Shown here: one piece after another, positions 1 to 9,429 of the stretch | How positions within the stretch are numbered: position 1 is the first letter of the stretch | Layout: each line of letters opens with the position of its first letter | The notes under the pieces: model-generated | Databases searched by the model: none | Seen by the model: the letters and a program-made list of their open reading frames with translations, nothing else | What the model was told of the DNA's origin: nothing | Program-made: the position numbers and the translations under genes | Source: Peptococcaceae bacterium | Lineage (GTDB): Bacteria; Bacillota; Peptococcia; Peptococcales; Peptococcaceae | Length of the DNA: 64,000 bases | Assembly (NCBI GenBank): GCA_019420345.1 | Contig: JAHZHI010000055.1 | Coordinates: 17,871 to 81,870 of the forward strand | Direction: 5' to 3'

Positions 1-100
1 CGACCATCAATAGCAGCGCCATGATGGCCAGCACCACCACCAGCTCAATCAAGGTAAAGGCGCGCTGAGCTTTTCTCTGCGCGATAGCCTCCTTTTTCAT
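1..100 (-). CDS. prepilin-type N-terminal cleavage/methylation domain protein (minor pseudopilin), N-terminal part only; continues past the window start
   Basis: Not in the ORF track because fewer than 60 aa lie in the window. A reverse-strand ATG at 98-100 gives MKKEAIAQRKAQRAFTLIELVVVLAIMALLLMV. That is a charged leader, the [GA]FTL[IL]E motif and a hydrophobic helix. It lies downstream of the ATPase, platform and pilin genes. Confidence 0.7.
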   Translation of the reverse strand, partial: MKKEAIAQRKAQRAFTLIELVVVLAIMALLLMV

Positions 101-428
101 ACACTTCATCGCCCTTCTTCAATGCCGCCTTAACCGCTCCCGACGCCGCGTGAACGTCATACTCATAGCCCTGAATTGGGCTTTCCACTGCCTGGGCCAG
201 CACACCGGCGGCAACCAGATCACGCTGAGAGGCAGCGGTTTCACCCGGATGGCGCTGAACGAACTGTTCCCCAGCAGTCACCAGCATGGTCAGATCGGCA
301 TCAATGCGCGTCTGCTGCGCTTCGTCCAAAGAACCTGTGATGCGCACGCTGACCAGCGTCGCCAGCACACCGATAATCACAAGGACCACCACCAATTCCA
401 GCAGCGTAAACGCCCGTCGTTTTTTCAT
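45..428 (-). CDS. type IV prepilin / ComGC-like major pseudopilin
   Basis: Internal start MKKRRAFTLLELVVVLVIIGVLATLV carries the prepilin signature (CAT at 426-428). It begins 11 nt after the platform gene stop. The upstream part of track ORF 45..557 is treated as non-coding extension. Confidence 0.8.
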   Translation of the reverse strand: MKKRRAFTLLELVVVLVIIGVLATLVSVRITGSLDEAQQTRIDADLTMLVTAGEQFVQRHPGETAASQRDLVAAGVLAQAVESPIQGYEYDVHAASGAVKAALKKGDEVYEKGGYRAEKSSARLYLD

Positions 429-439
429 GGCATCCTCCT

Positions 440-1642
440 TTAAGTGACCAAAAGCGACTGATAAGATTCCAGCACCGGCACAAAAAGCCCCAATGCCATC
501 AGAAGCACCAAGAGGCCCAGCAAAACAATGGCGAGTGGTTCCATAAAGCGCAGCCACAGCCCCATTTTTTCGAACAATATCGTCTCATAATAAGCCGCCG
601 CATCACACAGCGCCTCAGGCAGTCTCCCATAGCGCTCCCCATTGCGCAGCATCTGGCATGCCAGCGCTGGCACGAACGGCGCCTTCGCCAGCGTCTGCGA
701 CAGACTGCTGCCGTGGATCATGGCGGCAGCAATCGCTGCTACGTCGTCGGCGAACAGCGTGCGCGCGAAATACCGCTGCAGCTCCTGCAAGGCGTCACCC
801 ACCGAAACACCGGAACGCAGCATCTGCCCAAAGAGACGTGAAAAAGGCACGAACACCTGCAGCAAGGCAAACTGACGCAGCAGCGGCAATCGCAGCGCCC
901 CACGCTTGCAAAGCTGCCGCCACCGCGCATTCGAACTTTTGCGCAAATAAAAAACGACCATCACCAGTGCCACAATCAGCAGGAGCAGCACGCCGCCGCT
1001 GTCTCGCAGTACATCATGGAGCAGCAGAAAAACGCGCATTATGACTGGCAGATCGGCTTCCACGTCCAAGAACTGAACCGCCAGCACCGGCATCACCACC
1101 ACGCTGAGAAAACCGCCCACCACCAACACCGCTGCCAAAACCATGAATGGATAGATCAGCTGCTGTTGGATGCGTTTTTTTAAGCGTTCTTTTTCTTCAA
1201 GATGGTGGTAGACTTCTTCCAGCATGGCTGCCAGCCTCCCCTGCTTTTCACCAATCGCAATCCATTGGCTGAGCATCGGCGTCACACCTTTTTCGCGTGC
1301 CAGCGCCTGCGAAAAGGACAATCCTGCAAGCACCCCTTCTTCCAGCCGCATCACAAACGCCCGCTGGCGTGCGCCATTCTGCTCGTCTGCCATATACCGA
1401 AGCGCTTCCAATAACGGCACACCACTGGCCAGCGCCACCGCCAACTGACGAAAGAACAGCGCCAGTTCCCGCTGCGACTGGCGGCGTTCGCTCACGCCCG
1501 GCAGCCGCAGCTTCATGACAAAGATGGGATAGATGTTCTGCGCAGCCAATTTGGCACAGCAAACCGCTTCATTGGCAGCCTGTGTCCACGCCAGACGCCG
1601 ATGGCCATCACCGTCAAGATAATGATAGACAAACTTTGCCAC
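440..1642 (-). CDS. type II secretion / type IV pilus platform protein (GspF/PilC/ComGB family)
   Basis: 400 aa polytopic protein with duplicated GspF-like repeats (LAVALASGVPLLEAL and GQMLRSGVSVGDAL). It sits between the ATPase and the pilins. Confidence 0.85.
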   Translation of the reverse strand: MAKFVYHYLDGDGHRRLAWTQAANEAVCCAKLAAQNIYPIFVMKLRLPGVSERRQSQRELALFFRQLAVALASGVPLLEALRYMADEQNGARQRAFVMRLEEGVLAGLSFSQALAREKGVTPMLSQWIAIGEKQGRLAAMLEEVYHHLEEKERLKKRIQQQLIYPFMVLAAVLVVGGFLSVVVMPVLAVQFLDVEADLPVIMRVFLLLHDVLRDSGGVLLLLIVALVMVVFYLRKSSNARWRQLCKRGALRLPLLRQFALLQVFVPFSRLFGQMLRSGVSVGDALQELQRYFARTLFADDVAAIAAAMIHGSSLSQTLAKAPFVPALACQMLRNGERYGRLPEALCDAAAYYETILFEKMGLWLRFMEPLAIVLLGLLVLLMALGLFVPVLESYQSLLVT

Positions 1643-1645
1643 GTC

Positions 1646-3163
1646 TCAGCCCTCCTTTTCGCTCAAGGACAGCCCTTTTTGCTGCGCATCATCGGCCAAG
1701 GAACGAAAACCTTCTGACAGCGCTTTTTCCCGCAGAGAAAAGCCGCTGGCCCCAGCAGCAATCGCCGCGCGTGCAGTTTCATCCAGCTGCCAGATTTCCT
1801 GCACGCCAGTGCGGCCTGCATGACCGCTGCCCATGCACTGCCAGCAAATGCCACCCTCTGCGCTGCGCCCTTCTCCGCCGCAAGCGGCGCAAGGCTGCGG
1901 CAGCAGACGCTGATTGACCACTGCTGTCAGCACCGCGCTCAGCAAAAGATCGCTCAGCCCAAGGTCGCGCAAACGGTCTACAGCCTGCTGCGCGTCCCGT
2001 GCATGCAGGGTTGCAATCACCAGCTGCCCGCTCAAGGCAGCACGCGCAGCAATGTCCACCGTCTCTTTATCGCGCAGTTCACCGACAGCGATCACATCCG
2101 GGTCGCTGCGCAGGATGCCGCGCAGCCCTGCAGCAAAGCTGAAACCACTGCGCAAATTTACCTGCATCTGCTGCACCTCTGGCAGTACCGCTTCAACGGG
2201 GTCCTCGATGGTGTAAACAAGCCGGCCCTGAGCGCTCAGCTGTCTCAGACAGGCATAAAGCGTGGTCGTTTTTCCACTGTTGGTGGGACCTGTAATCAAA
2301 AACAAGCCCTTCGCCTGATGCAGCAGCCTCAGCAAGCGCGCTGCGTTGACATCGCTAACCCCCAGCACCGACAGTGACTTGCGTCGCTGCTGCTCTGGCA
2401 GAATGCGCAGCACAATCTTTTCGCCTTCCAAAAGCGGCAGTGTGCCCAAGCGCAGGTTATAATCGGCCTCAACGCCCTGCAGCTGTATGTGCCCATCTTG
2501 CGGCAGCCGATGCTCAGCAATATCCATCTCTGCCAGCAGCTTAAGTTTATTGATCAAACCATCTGCAGCCGACGGCGGCAGTTCGGCGTACGTCTCCAAA
2601 CGTCCATCTATACGAAAAACGACGCGGAGAACAGCGCCCATTTTGAACAAATGGACGTCCGTCGCTTCCGCGTCGATGGCATCATCAAGAATGGTTCCTA
2701 TCAATTGATCCACATGGCCGGGCTGGCTGTTTTTCAGCGTTTCTAAAGAAACCCTGTTTGCAGGCGCCGATGCGGCCAAATCCAGCGTCTGAGGGCGTAA
2801 AACCAAAGAATGCAGGCGCACCGCATCGGTCAGATAAAGCGGCGTCTGTCCCATCACAGACCGATAGGCGCGATAATCATCCGCCTGCGGCAGGCGCAGA
2901 CACACACAGCTGCCGTCGGACAGCCGCTGATACACCTTCCAATCTGTTCCATTCAGCGTCACTGGCTGCAGCGATGTGTTGGCATCCAGCTGCAGATAGG
3001 GCAGACCAAAATAGGCTTCCAGCACCGGTGCCGCTGCCGACAGCGACACCCCCTGAGCCGTCAGCCAATCGCCCAGCACATCCCGCTCCGTCCAGCCAGC
3101 ATCGGCGGCCAGCAAACCAGCTTCAGCCAGCACCGCCAATAAACGCGCATTCACCAGACCCAT
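1646..3163 (-). CDS. GspE/PilB/ComGA-family secretion ATPase
   Basis: Walker A GPTNSGKTTT, an Asp/His-box region, and a C-terminal tetracysteine CAACGG...CWQCMGSG. It is the first gene of the pseudopilus operon. Confidence 0.9.
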   Translation of the reverse strand: MGLVNARLLAVLAEAGLLAADAGWTERDVLGDWLTAQGVSLSAAAPVLEAYFGLPYLQLDANTSLQPVTLNGTDWKVYQRLSDGSCVCLRLPQADDYRAYRSVMGQTPLYLTDAVRLHSLVLRPQTLDLAASAPANRVSLETLKNSQPGHVDQLIGTILDDAIDAEATDVHLFKMGAVLRVVFRIDGRLETYAELPPSAADGLINKLKLLAEMDIAEHRLPQDGHIQLQGVEADYNLRLGTLPLLEGEKIVLRILPEQQRRKSLSVLGVSDVNAARLLRLLHQAKGLFLITGPTNSGKTTTLYACLRQLSAQGRLVYTIEDPVEAVLPEVQQMQVNLRSGFSFAAGLRGILRSDPDVIAVGELRDKETVDIAARAALSGQLVIATLHARDAQQAVDRLRDLGLSDLLLSAVLTAVVNQRLLPQPCAACGGEGRSAEGGICWQCMGSGHAGRTGVQEIWQLDETARAAIAAGASGFSLREKALSEGFRSLADDAQQKGLSLSEKEG

Positions 3164-3356
3164 GACACACGCCCCCCTTCGTTTGATGTTGTATCACTTC
3201 TATTATATCGGCTCTCCCTATGTGCCAGCAACAGCAAAAACCAAAAGATTCGGATTTTTTCGTCGATTTTTTTATCAATCCCTATGCGCCGCCATTTTCT
3301 CGCAAACAGGACATAAAAATACACCCCTGGACTGCCAAGAGGTGTTATTTTCATAT

Positions 3357-3911
3357 TCAAAGTTGCTCCACATCCGTTTGCGGACAAAACTCGCCCTCCA
3401 GCAAACGCTGGAGCTGATCAGCGAGAATGTCCAGATCCACATTCGGTTTGTGGCTGTTCTCAATGAGCACGCCGACAATGGCGCTGGAATAAAACGTCAG
3501 CATCACATCAAGATCGCTGGCATAGCGAATGCGCGGCTGGATGGCGCTGCGGCGCATCAGCTCAGAAAAAAACGTTCGCGCAGCATTGAAAAAAATACGC
3601 TCAGCGTCTTCGCGCTTGCGAGATTTCATAAGCTGAGTGACAAAATCCGGCTGCTCCTCGATCGTTGATAGAAGCACACGAATGGCTGCCTTGGGAGAGG
3701 ACGCCGCCAGCGTTTTTTCAAGCAGCACATCAACATGCTGGGCCATGAGCCATTCCACCACTTCCAAAAGGTCCTGGAAATGATAATAGAAGGTTTGCCG
3801 CGTAATGCCGCAAGTGTTTACAACATCCTTCACCGTCACCTTATCAATAGGCTTATGCTTCGCCGCCTCAAGAAAGGCCTCTGCAATCATCGCTTTTGTA
3901 TCGCCCGCCAT
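3357..3911 (-). CDS. TetR/AcrR family transcriptional regulator
   Basis: N-terminal HTH region KVTVKDVVNTCGITRQTFYYHFQDL, 184 aa. Confidence 0.85.
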   Translation of the reverse strand: MAGDTKAMIAEAFLEAAKHKPIDKVTVKDVVNTCGITRQTFYYHFQDLLEVVEWLMAQHVDVLLEKTLAASSPKAAIRVLLSTIEEQPDFVTQLMKSRKREDAERIFFNAARTFFSELMRRSAIQPRIRYASDLDVMLTFYSSAIVGVLIENSHKPNVDLDILADQLQRLLEGEFCPQTDVEQL

Positions 3912-3985
3912 GCGACCGCCTCCTCCACGTTTCTTTCCGTTTATCTTATCACAGATAATTCATGCCACACAAGTCTGCCAGCCCT

Positions 3986-4025
3986 AAAAAACCGGGACAG
4001 AAATGACAAGCATTTCTGTCCCGGT
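3986..4025 (-). terminator. rho-independent terminator after the DUF362 gene
   Basis: Perfect 15-bp stem accgggacagaaatg / catttctgtcccggt (3991-4005 and 4011-4025). An A-run at 3986-3990 gives a T-tract on the minus strand. Confidence 0.8.
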
Positions 4026-4042
4026 GCATGTTGCGTTTCCAC

Positions 4043-5182
4043 TCACTTCACAGTGATCAATTCATACTCGCGATTGCCGAGGCCAATCTTGGCGGCGTGT
4101 GCCAGGCAGGTTTTGTATTCTGCGTTTGGCGTAACATTTTCAAAATGATCGTGATGATCACAAAAATCTTCCTTCGCCATTTGCTCGGTGAGCAGGGTGT
4201 TTGGCAGTGGTTCCTGTTTCAGGCAGGCATCCACGCACGCTTGGTCGATTGCCAGCGGGTCGGTGGACGCAAACATGCCAACATCCGGCAGCATTGGTGC
4301 GTCGTTGCCACTGTGGCAGTCGCAAGTTGGTGAAACATCGACAACAAGCGAAATATGGAAGTTTGGACGACCATCGACAACAGCTTTGGCATACTCTGCC
4401 ATGCGGCAGTTGAGTTCAGCCACCGCTGCATTGTGCGCAAAATCGATGGCATCAAAGTTGCAGGCGCCAATGCAGCGGCCGCAGCCCACACAGTTGTCGG
4501 CATTGATGGTCATTTTCTTATTTACTTCATCATAAACGAGGCCATCGTTGGCACATTCACGCAGGCAGCGCTTGCAGCCACGGCATTTTTCTGGATCAAT
4601 GATGGCCTGACCATTGCAGTGCTGGTCCTTCTTGCCTGCGCGGGACCCGCAGCCCATGCCAATGTTCTTAATCGTGCCACCGAAGCCTGTCATTTCATGG
4701 CCTTTGAAATGGGTCAGCGAAATAAAGACATCCGCATCCATGATGGCATGGCCAATCTTTGCTTCTTTGACATACTCACCGCCATGCACCGGCACAGCAA
4801 TGTCATCGGTGCCTTTAAGGCCATCACCGATGATGACCGGACAGCCAACAGTCAGCGGCGTGAAGCCATTTTCCCATGCACAATAAAGATGCTCAAGGGC
4901 GTTTTTGCGGCTGCCTGGATAAAGGGTGTTGCAGTCGGTCAAAAATGGTTTTCCACCGTGGGCAATGACATAATCAACGACGGCTCTGGCATAGTTTGGC
5001 CGCAGGTAGCTCATGTTGCCCAGTTCACCAAAGTGCATCTTGATGGCCACAAACTTGCCTTCCAAATCCATGGCACCAAGGCCTGCTTGATCGATCAGGC
5101 GGCTCAGTTTTGTTGCAGGGCCTTCATCGACTTCACAACGAAAATCGGTAAAATAAACCTTTGATTTTTCTAATTCGCTCAT
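4043..5182 (-). CDS. DUF362 domain protein with inserted 2x[4Fe-4S] ferredoxin motifs
   Basis: Two CxxCxxCxxxC motifs (CRGCKRCLRECAND, CVGCGRCIGACNFD) inside a DUF362-like frame. Start MSELEK is at 5182, preceded by a GGAGAG RBS. Confidence 0.7.
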   Translation of the reverse strand: MSELEKSKVYFTDFRCEVDEGPATKLSRLIDQAGLGAMDLEGKFVAIKMHFGELGNMSYLRPNYARAVVDYVIAHGGKPFLTDCNTLYPGSRKNALEHLYCAWENGFTPLTVGCPVIIGDGLKGTDDIAVPVHGGEYVKEAKIGHAIMDADVFISLTHFKGHEMTGFGGTIKNIGMGCGSRAGKKDQHCNGQAIIDPEKCRGCKRCLRECANDGLVYDEVNKKMTINADNCVGCGRCIGACNFDAIDFAHNAAVAELNCRMAEYAKAVVDGRPNFHISLVVDVSPTCDCHSGNDAPMLPDVGMFASTDPLAIDQACVDACLKQEPLPNTLLTEQMAKEDFCDHHDHFENVTPNAEYKTCLAHAAKIGLGNREYELITVK

Positions 5183-5380
5183 AAGATTCTCTCCAATCTC
5201 TTTAATCATACGGCAAAATCTCTCTCCTTTAAGAATAATCCTGAAAGCCCTCATTCGTCAAGGAGAAACCCAGCATAAGAAAAGAGCCCGACACGCCTGT
5301 GCCAGGCTTTCAAAACGTTTCAGATTTTTTCTTTCCAAACCTGTCTACAGCGTTGAATTATCAAGACAACATTTTCAGTC

Positions 5381-6037
5381 TCAGGTCAACACCGTCGTGA
5401 CGACAATCGCCGTCATGAGACCATCGAGCTGGCGGATGACATCCGCCACAATCTTGCCATTTTCAGAATCAGCAAGCGCTTTTAGCTCTTCTTTCATCGC
5501 TTTCATTTCTTCTTTTGAAAAATACTCTTTCAAGCAGCCACCTTTGTCCAACAAAATGACCAGCGCTGCCGTCGTTTCATCGACTGGCGCATCGGCCAGC
5601 AGTTCTTGACGCAGAGCATCCACAACCATGTTCTCCGCTTTTTCCGATGGCGCCAAACTTTCTTTATTGCCAAAAAAGCCGGACTGCACCTTTTCAGTCA
5701 GCCCCTGAGCACGCAGCGCATCCATTACACCATCCAAAAGTTCCGTAAAGAGTTTGCCGGTGAACGTCATATAGAACTCATTGACAACCTTGTTCACCTT
5801 GACAGGCTCTTTTTCACAGATGTACGCATACAATGGCTTCAAATAAGCCTTGTCCCGGGACGGTTTCATCTTGCTCGTGACTTTTTTGTCAGCAATCAGA
5901 ATACACCCATCCAGTTCCAATTCCAACAACCCTGCGACAATCAAGCAAACCATTTTATTTTGATCAAAAGTCGAAATTTTTCCTTTATCGTTGACGGCAC
6001 ATACAACATACTGCTGCATCACAGACAATTCTTTCAT
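5381..6037 (-). CDS. GPP34/GOLPH3-like family protein (hypothetical)
   Basis: 218 aa from MKELSVMQQYVV with an AGGAGG RBS. The LIVAGLLELELDG and LLDGV...L pattern resembles bacterial GPP34. This is a weak by-eye call. Confidence 0.45.
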   Translation of the reverse strand: MKELSVMQQYVVCAVNDKGKISTFDQNKMVCLIVAGLLELELDGCILIADKKVTSKMKPSRDKAYLKPLYAYICEKEPVKVNKVVNEFYMTFTGKLFTELLDGVMDALRAQGLTEKVQSGFFGNKESLAPSEKAENMVVDALRQELLADAPVDETTAALVILLDKGGCLKEYFSKEEMKAMKEELKALADSENGKIVADVIRQLDGLMTAIVVTTVLT

Positions 6038-6190
6038 AATGTCGTCCTCCTGTGTCAATGCTCTTTGCTTATTCACTACTATACAGGAGATTCTGCGGCT
6101 GTCAACAAAAACTGCCGCCGATAAAAAGCGTTTTTCTAAAAAAGGACCCAACGGTTACACCGCCAAGTCCATTTTCAAGCACTACTGTTT

Positions 6191-6577
6191 TTAATAGCTG
6201 ATGTCAAAGCCGCCTTCGTGATCAACTGCTTTTACACTCACAGTCACACATTCTGGCACATCTACGGTGGCATGCCCGTCGGTCGTAAAGTTCTTGCTGT
6301 AAAGTGTATCGCCTTCTAAAGAATGTACTTGCACCGTCAAAGCGCCGTCCTCGGTGTCTACACCAATGTGCAGCGCATCCCCATCGCCACGCAGCTCATT
6401 GTCACAAGAACCTTGAAAACATGTGTAATCTGCATGCCAGGAATCGGCGACCTTCTTTTCCATGTCGCTGAAATTCATGCTGGCACCAAACGATGCCACC
6501 ACACCCATGACGCTCCACATAGCATACAGGATCACCACCACTGTAAGCACAATCAGAATGATCCTTTTACGATTCAT
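6191..6577 (-). CDS. small membrane-anchored hypothetical protein
   Basis: MNRKRIILIVLTVVVILYAMWSVMGVV forms an N-terminal TM helix. GGAGG RBS. No recognisable family. Confidence 0.5.
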   Translation of the reverse strand: MNRKRIILIVLTVVVILYAMWSVMGVVASFGASMNFSDMEKKVADSWHADYTCFQGSCDNELRGDGDALHIGVDTEDGALTVQVHSLEGDTLYSKNFTTDGHATVDVPECVTVSVKAVDHEGGFDISY

Positions 6578-6756
6578 ATCATTTTCCTCCCCGATCCGAA
6601 GCGTTTTGTCATCCCCTGACGACAAAACATCTCCTCATTATGAATATTGTAACAAATTTTTTCACATTTATACAATAAAAACAGGGGCAACCTTTCCCCT
6701 GATTTTTTAATAGTTTGCATTATCACATGCGCCGTCTTTCATCATTTTTTTACTGT

Positions 6757-7392
6757 TCAATGCATCACATCTTGAACAGCATCAAACGTTTTGCTGTAAA
6801 GGAAGCAATCCAGAGGAATGCATCCTTTGGGCATTTCCAAAACGATCGACGCTTCCTCAGCACGCACAAAACCGCGGTGGTCATAGAACTGATAGGTGCA
6901 GGCATTGTCGGTTTGCAGGAAAAAGGTTTTCTTAGGTTCTGCCGCCGCCAGCGCCGATAATAAGGCCGACCCAACACCCTGCCCCTGAAAAGCAGGATCG
7001 ACCGCTAGAAAGAGAATCTCTCCGTCGGGGCGCACCCTTTGACGATAACGCCGATCAAGTTCGGCCGCCGTCCGCTCATACAGATCCGGCCCACCTTTGA
7101 AAAATAACGCCATGACCGCCTCCGCCAGCGCCACATAGCTCCGCGCCAGCCAAGAACGTTTTTGCATCGTTTCGCCATACACTTCTGCCAGAAGCACCCC
7201 AGCGAAACACCCTTCTTCATATGCTGCCAACACCTGCGTCGCACGGCAGCGCTCCTTCAGCCAGAAATACCAGCCAAACGCCGCCAAGGCCCAGGCGTGC
7301 TCTAAATACCAGTCAAAATGCATGCCTTTGATCGCAAAGCGGACCGCCTTGGCCGCATCGCGTCGACGCAGCGAACGAATTTCCACCATCAT
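6757..7392 (-). CDS. GNAT family N-acetyltransferase
   Basis: Acetyl-CoA motif LAVDPAFQGQGVGSALL. The start may be 7389. Confidence 0.8.
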   Translation of the reverse strand: MMVEIRSLRRRDAAKAVRFAIKGMHFDWYLEHAWALAAFGWYFWLKERCRATQVLAAYEEGCFAGVLLAEVYGETMQKRSWLARSYVALAEAVMALFFKGGPDLYERTAAELDRRYRQRVRPDGEILFLAVDPAFQGQGVGSALLSALAAAEPKKTFFLQTDNACTYQFYDHRGFVRAEEASIVLEMPKGCIPLDCFLYSKTFDAVQDVMH

Positions 7393-7426
7393 ACTCCCTC
7401 CCTGACTGCCATTGTACCACAGCGCA

Positions 7427-7461
7427 CAAAAAAACGGCAGCTCGCAAGTAAGCTGCCGTTT
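7427..7461 (-). terminator. rho-independent terminator of the GntR-ABC operon
   Basis: Stem aaacggcagct / agctgccgttt with a T-tract on the minus strand. Confidence 0.75.
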
Positions 7462-7470
7462 TGACTGTCA

Positions 7471-8085
7471 TCATAAAACATCCCGTGCTGCGATCCGCGT
7501 GCGTGCGATCAGCCAGGACAACACAAAAAATGCCAGGCTAAACACCAAAAGCACGGTTGTTGTGAGCTGACGATCGTCTGTCACGCGCGCCACTGCAATG
7601 AAAATGCCGGTCATCAGCGGATAGGAGAGCATCATGCTGAGCATTGCTTTTTCATCGCTGAAAAGATAATAGCTCGGTATCATCACGCCACCGCTGAAAA
7701 ACGCCATGGTCACCGCAAGGCTGAGATACAGCCGCACCATCTCTGTGGCCACTGCCGTGTCCGGTCTGATCGTCACAATGATCCAACTGATGACAATACC
7801 GACCACAAAGCCCAGTACACTGAACAATACATAGAGCAAATATTTGCTGTCAACGACCGCCTTTTTTGAGATCGGCAAGGTGGCCGACAGTTTGCGCCAG
7901 CCGCTGTGCTTGTCGGTGCTGATGGTGGTGGCACTCATGATGCCAAACATCACTGCGCCAATGAGCACCACAACCCATGGCGTCACAATCACCGACATAC
8001 CAGCACCAATGATGGCGTAGGTAATGAGAATCAATGCCAGGCCAGCACGCACCAGGTAAAAATCTTTCAATAACAAACCCTTCAT
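7471..8085 (-). CDS. ABC-2 type transporter permease
   Basis: 204 aa, about 6 TM helices, immediately downstream of the ABC ATPase. Confidence 0.7.
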   Translation of the reverse strand: MKGLLLKDFYLVRAGLALILITYAIIGAGMSVIVTPWVVVLIGAVMFGIMSATTISTDKHSGWRKLSATLPISKKAVVDSKYLLYVLFSVLGFVVGIVISWIIVTIRPDTAVATEMVRLYLSLAVTMAFFSGGVMIPSYYLFSDEKAMLSMMLSYPLMTGIFIAVARVTDDRQLTTTVLLVFSLAFFVLSWLIARTRIAARDVL

Positions 8086-8086
8086 T

Positions 8087-8941
8087 TTACTTCTCCCCCT
8101 TTACGTACAGGAGCATGATTTCATCGATTGTTGCAGGAGTCACCATAGCCTTAGGATATTTCCGCATCATGGCTTCGCGATCAGCCACCAGCACCTGCCA
8201 TTCGTAATCCATCTTGCGGCTGCGCAGGCAGTCGGCCGGGTCCAATGCTGCATGCTGCGCATCGCTGCACTGCAGGATGCCATACTGTTCCAGCAGTTCA
8301 TCTTTCGGCTCCATAAACGCCACGCGTCCCTCGTGAAGAAAGACGATATAATCGGCAATTTTTTCCAAATCGCTGGTGATGTGCGAGCTGACGAGGACGC
8401 TGTGGTCTTCCTCTTGCACAAAATCCAGCAGCATATCCAAAATGTCATCACGCACCACAGGATCCAGCCCGCTGGTCGCCTCATCGAGAACAAGCAGCTT
8501 TGGATGATGGCTGAGCGCCACCGCAATGGCAAATTTCATCTTCATCCCTTTTGAAAACTGCTTCAATTTTTTCTGGGGCAGGCCAAACTGCGCCAGCAGC
8601 TGTTCAAACAAGGCGTCGTCCCAATGCTGATAAATATTCGCCATGATGCGGCCGATTGCGCGCGGCGTCAACATCTCCGGAAAATTGCTGCCATCAAAGA
8701 CCACGCCGATCTGTTCCTTGGTGGCATTGGCCAAAGCTTCGTCGCCCAGCACCACAATGCGCCCTTCGTCCTTGGCGATCAGGCCCATTGAAGCATTGAT
8801 GATGGTGCTCTTTCCCGCACCATTTTCACCAATGAGGCCAACGATGGTGCCTTCCGGCACTGTAAACGACACATGATCCAACTTAAATCCCGGATACGTC
8901 TTGGTCACATCTGAAATCGTCAATGCAGTCGTCATGGTCAA
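8087..8941 (-). CDS. ABC transporter ATP-binding protein
   Basis: Walker A GENGAGKST, signature FSKGMKMK, Walker B LLVLDEATSGLD. Confidence 0.9.
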   Translation of the reverse strand: MTMTTALTISDVTKTYPGFKLDHVSFTVPEGTIVGLIGENGAGKSTIINASMGLIAKDEGRIVVLGDEALANATKEQIGVVFDGSNFPEMLTPRAIGRIMANIYQHWDDALFEQLLAQFGLPQKKLKQFSKGMKMKFAIAVALSHHPKLLVLDEATSGLDPVVRDDILDMLLDFVQEEDHSVLVSSHITSDLEKIADYIVFLHEGRVAFMEPKDELLEQYGILQCSDAQHAALDPADCLRSRKMDYEWQVLVADREAMMRKYPKAMVTPATIDEIMLLYVKGEK

Positions 8942-9312
8942 TCCTCCTCATAGAGCAATGTCAAAAGGCCTGTCAAATGATCAAGATCGATGCCGCTTTC
9001 GCGGGCAATCTCGATGGCCGCTGTAAAATGTTCCTCGATGCGTTTCTGTTGTTCTTCCAAATAAAAATCCTGGTTCTGCGACGACACATAACACCCTTTG
9101 CCTGCTGTCGTCTCAATGAAGCCATCCTGCTGCAGCGCGTCATAGGCTTTTTGCACCGTCAGCACACTGATGTGCAGCGACTTCGCCAAAGATCGGATGG
9201 ATGGCAGCGCTTCGCCGGCCTGCAGCTCGCCGCTCATAATCTGCGCCTTGATCTGAGTCACAATCTGTTCATAGAGCGGACGGCTCGCCTTGTTGCTGAC
9301 CGATATCTGCAT
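8938..9312 (-). CDS. GntR family (YtrA-like) transcriptional regulator
   Basis: 124 aa with a wHTH (LPSIRSLAKSLHISVLTVQKAY). 4-nt overlap with the ABC ATPase gene. Confidence 0.85.
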   Translation of the reverse strand: MQISVSNKASRPLYEQIVTQIKAQIMSGELQAGEALPSIRSLAKSLHISVLTVQKAYDALQQDGFIETTAGKGCYVSSQNQDFYLEEQQKRIEEHFTAAIEIARESGIDLDHLTGLLTLLYEED

Positions 9313-9390
9313 ACGTTCACCGCCTTATACTGTATTGCTTTGATATACACAGTATAAGTCAGCACAATACAGATGTCAATATCTACACAC

Positions 9391-9422
9391 AAAAAAACAG
9401 CAGATTCGCCACGAATCTGCTG
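9391..9422 (-). terminator. rho-independent terminator ending the PadR/paralogue operon
   Basis: Stem cagcagattcg / cgaatctgctg. A 7-A run at 9391-9397 gives the T-tract on the minus strand. Confidence 0.75.
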
Positions 9423-9429
9423 CATCTGT

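Noticed and set aside
45-557. N-terminal extensions of many track ORFs. Examples: 45..557, 4043..5254, 5381..6151, 12625..14082, 27039..28292, 37032..37652, 56747..57736.
   Set aside because: In each case an internal ATG or GTG has a GGAGG-like RBS at 5-9 nt and begins the recognisable domain (prepilin leader, lipobox, MATE N-terminus and so on). The extra upstream codons overlap neighbouring genes or terminators, so they were trimmed.
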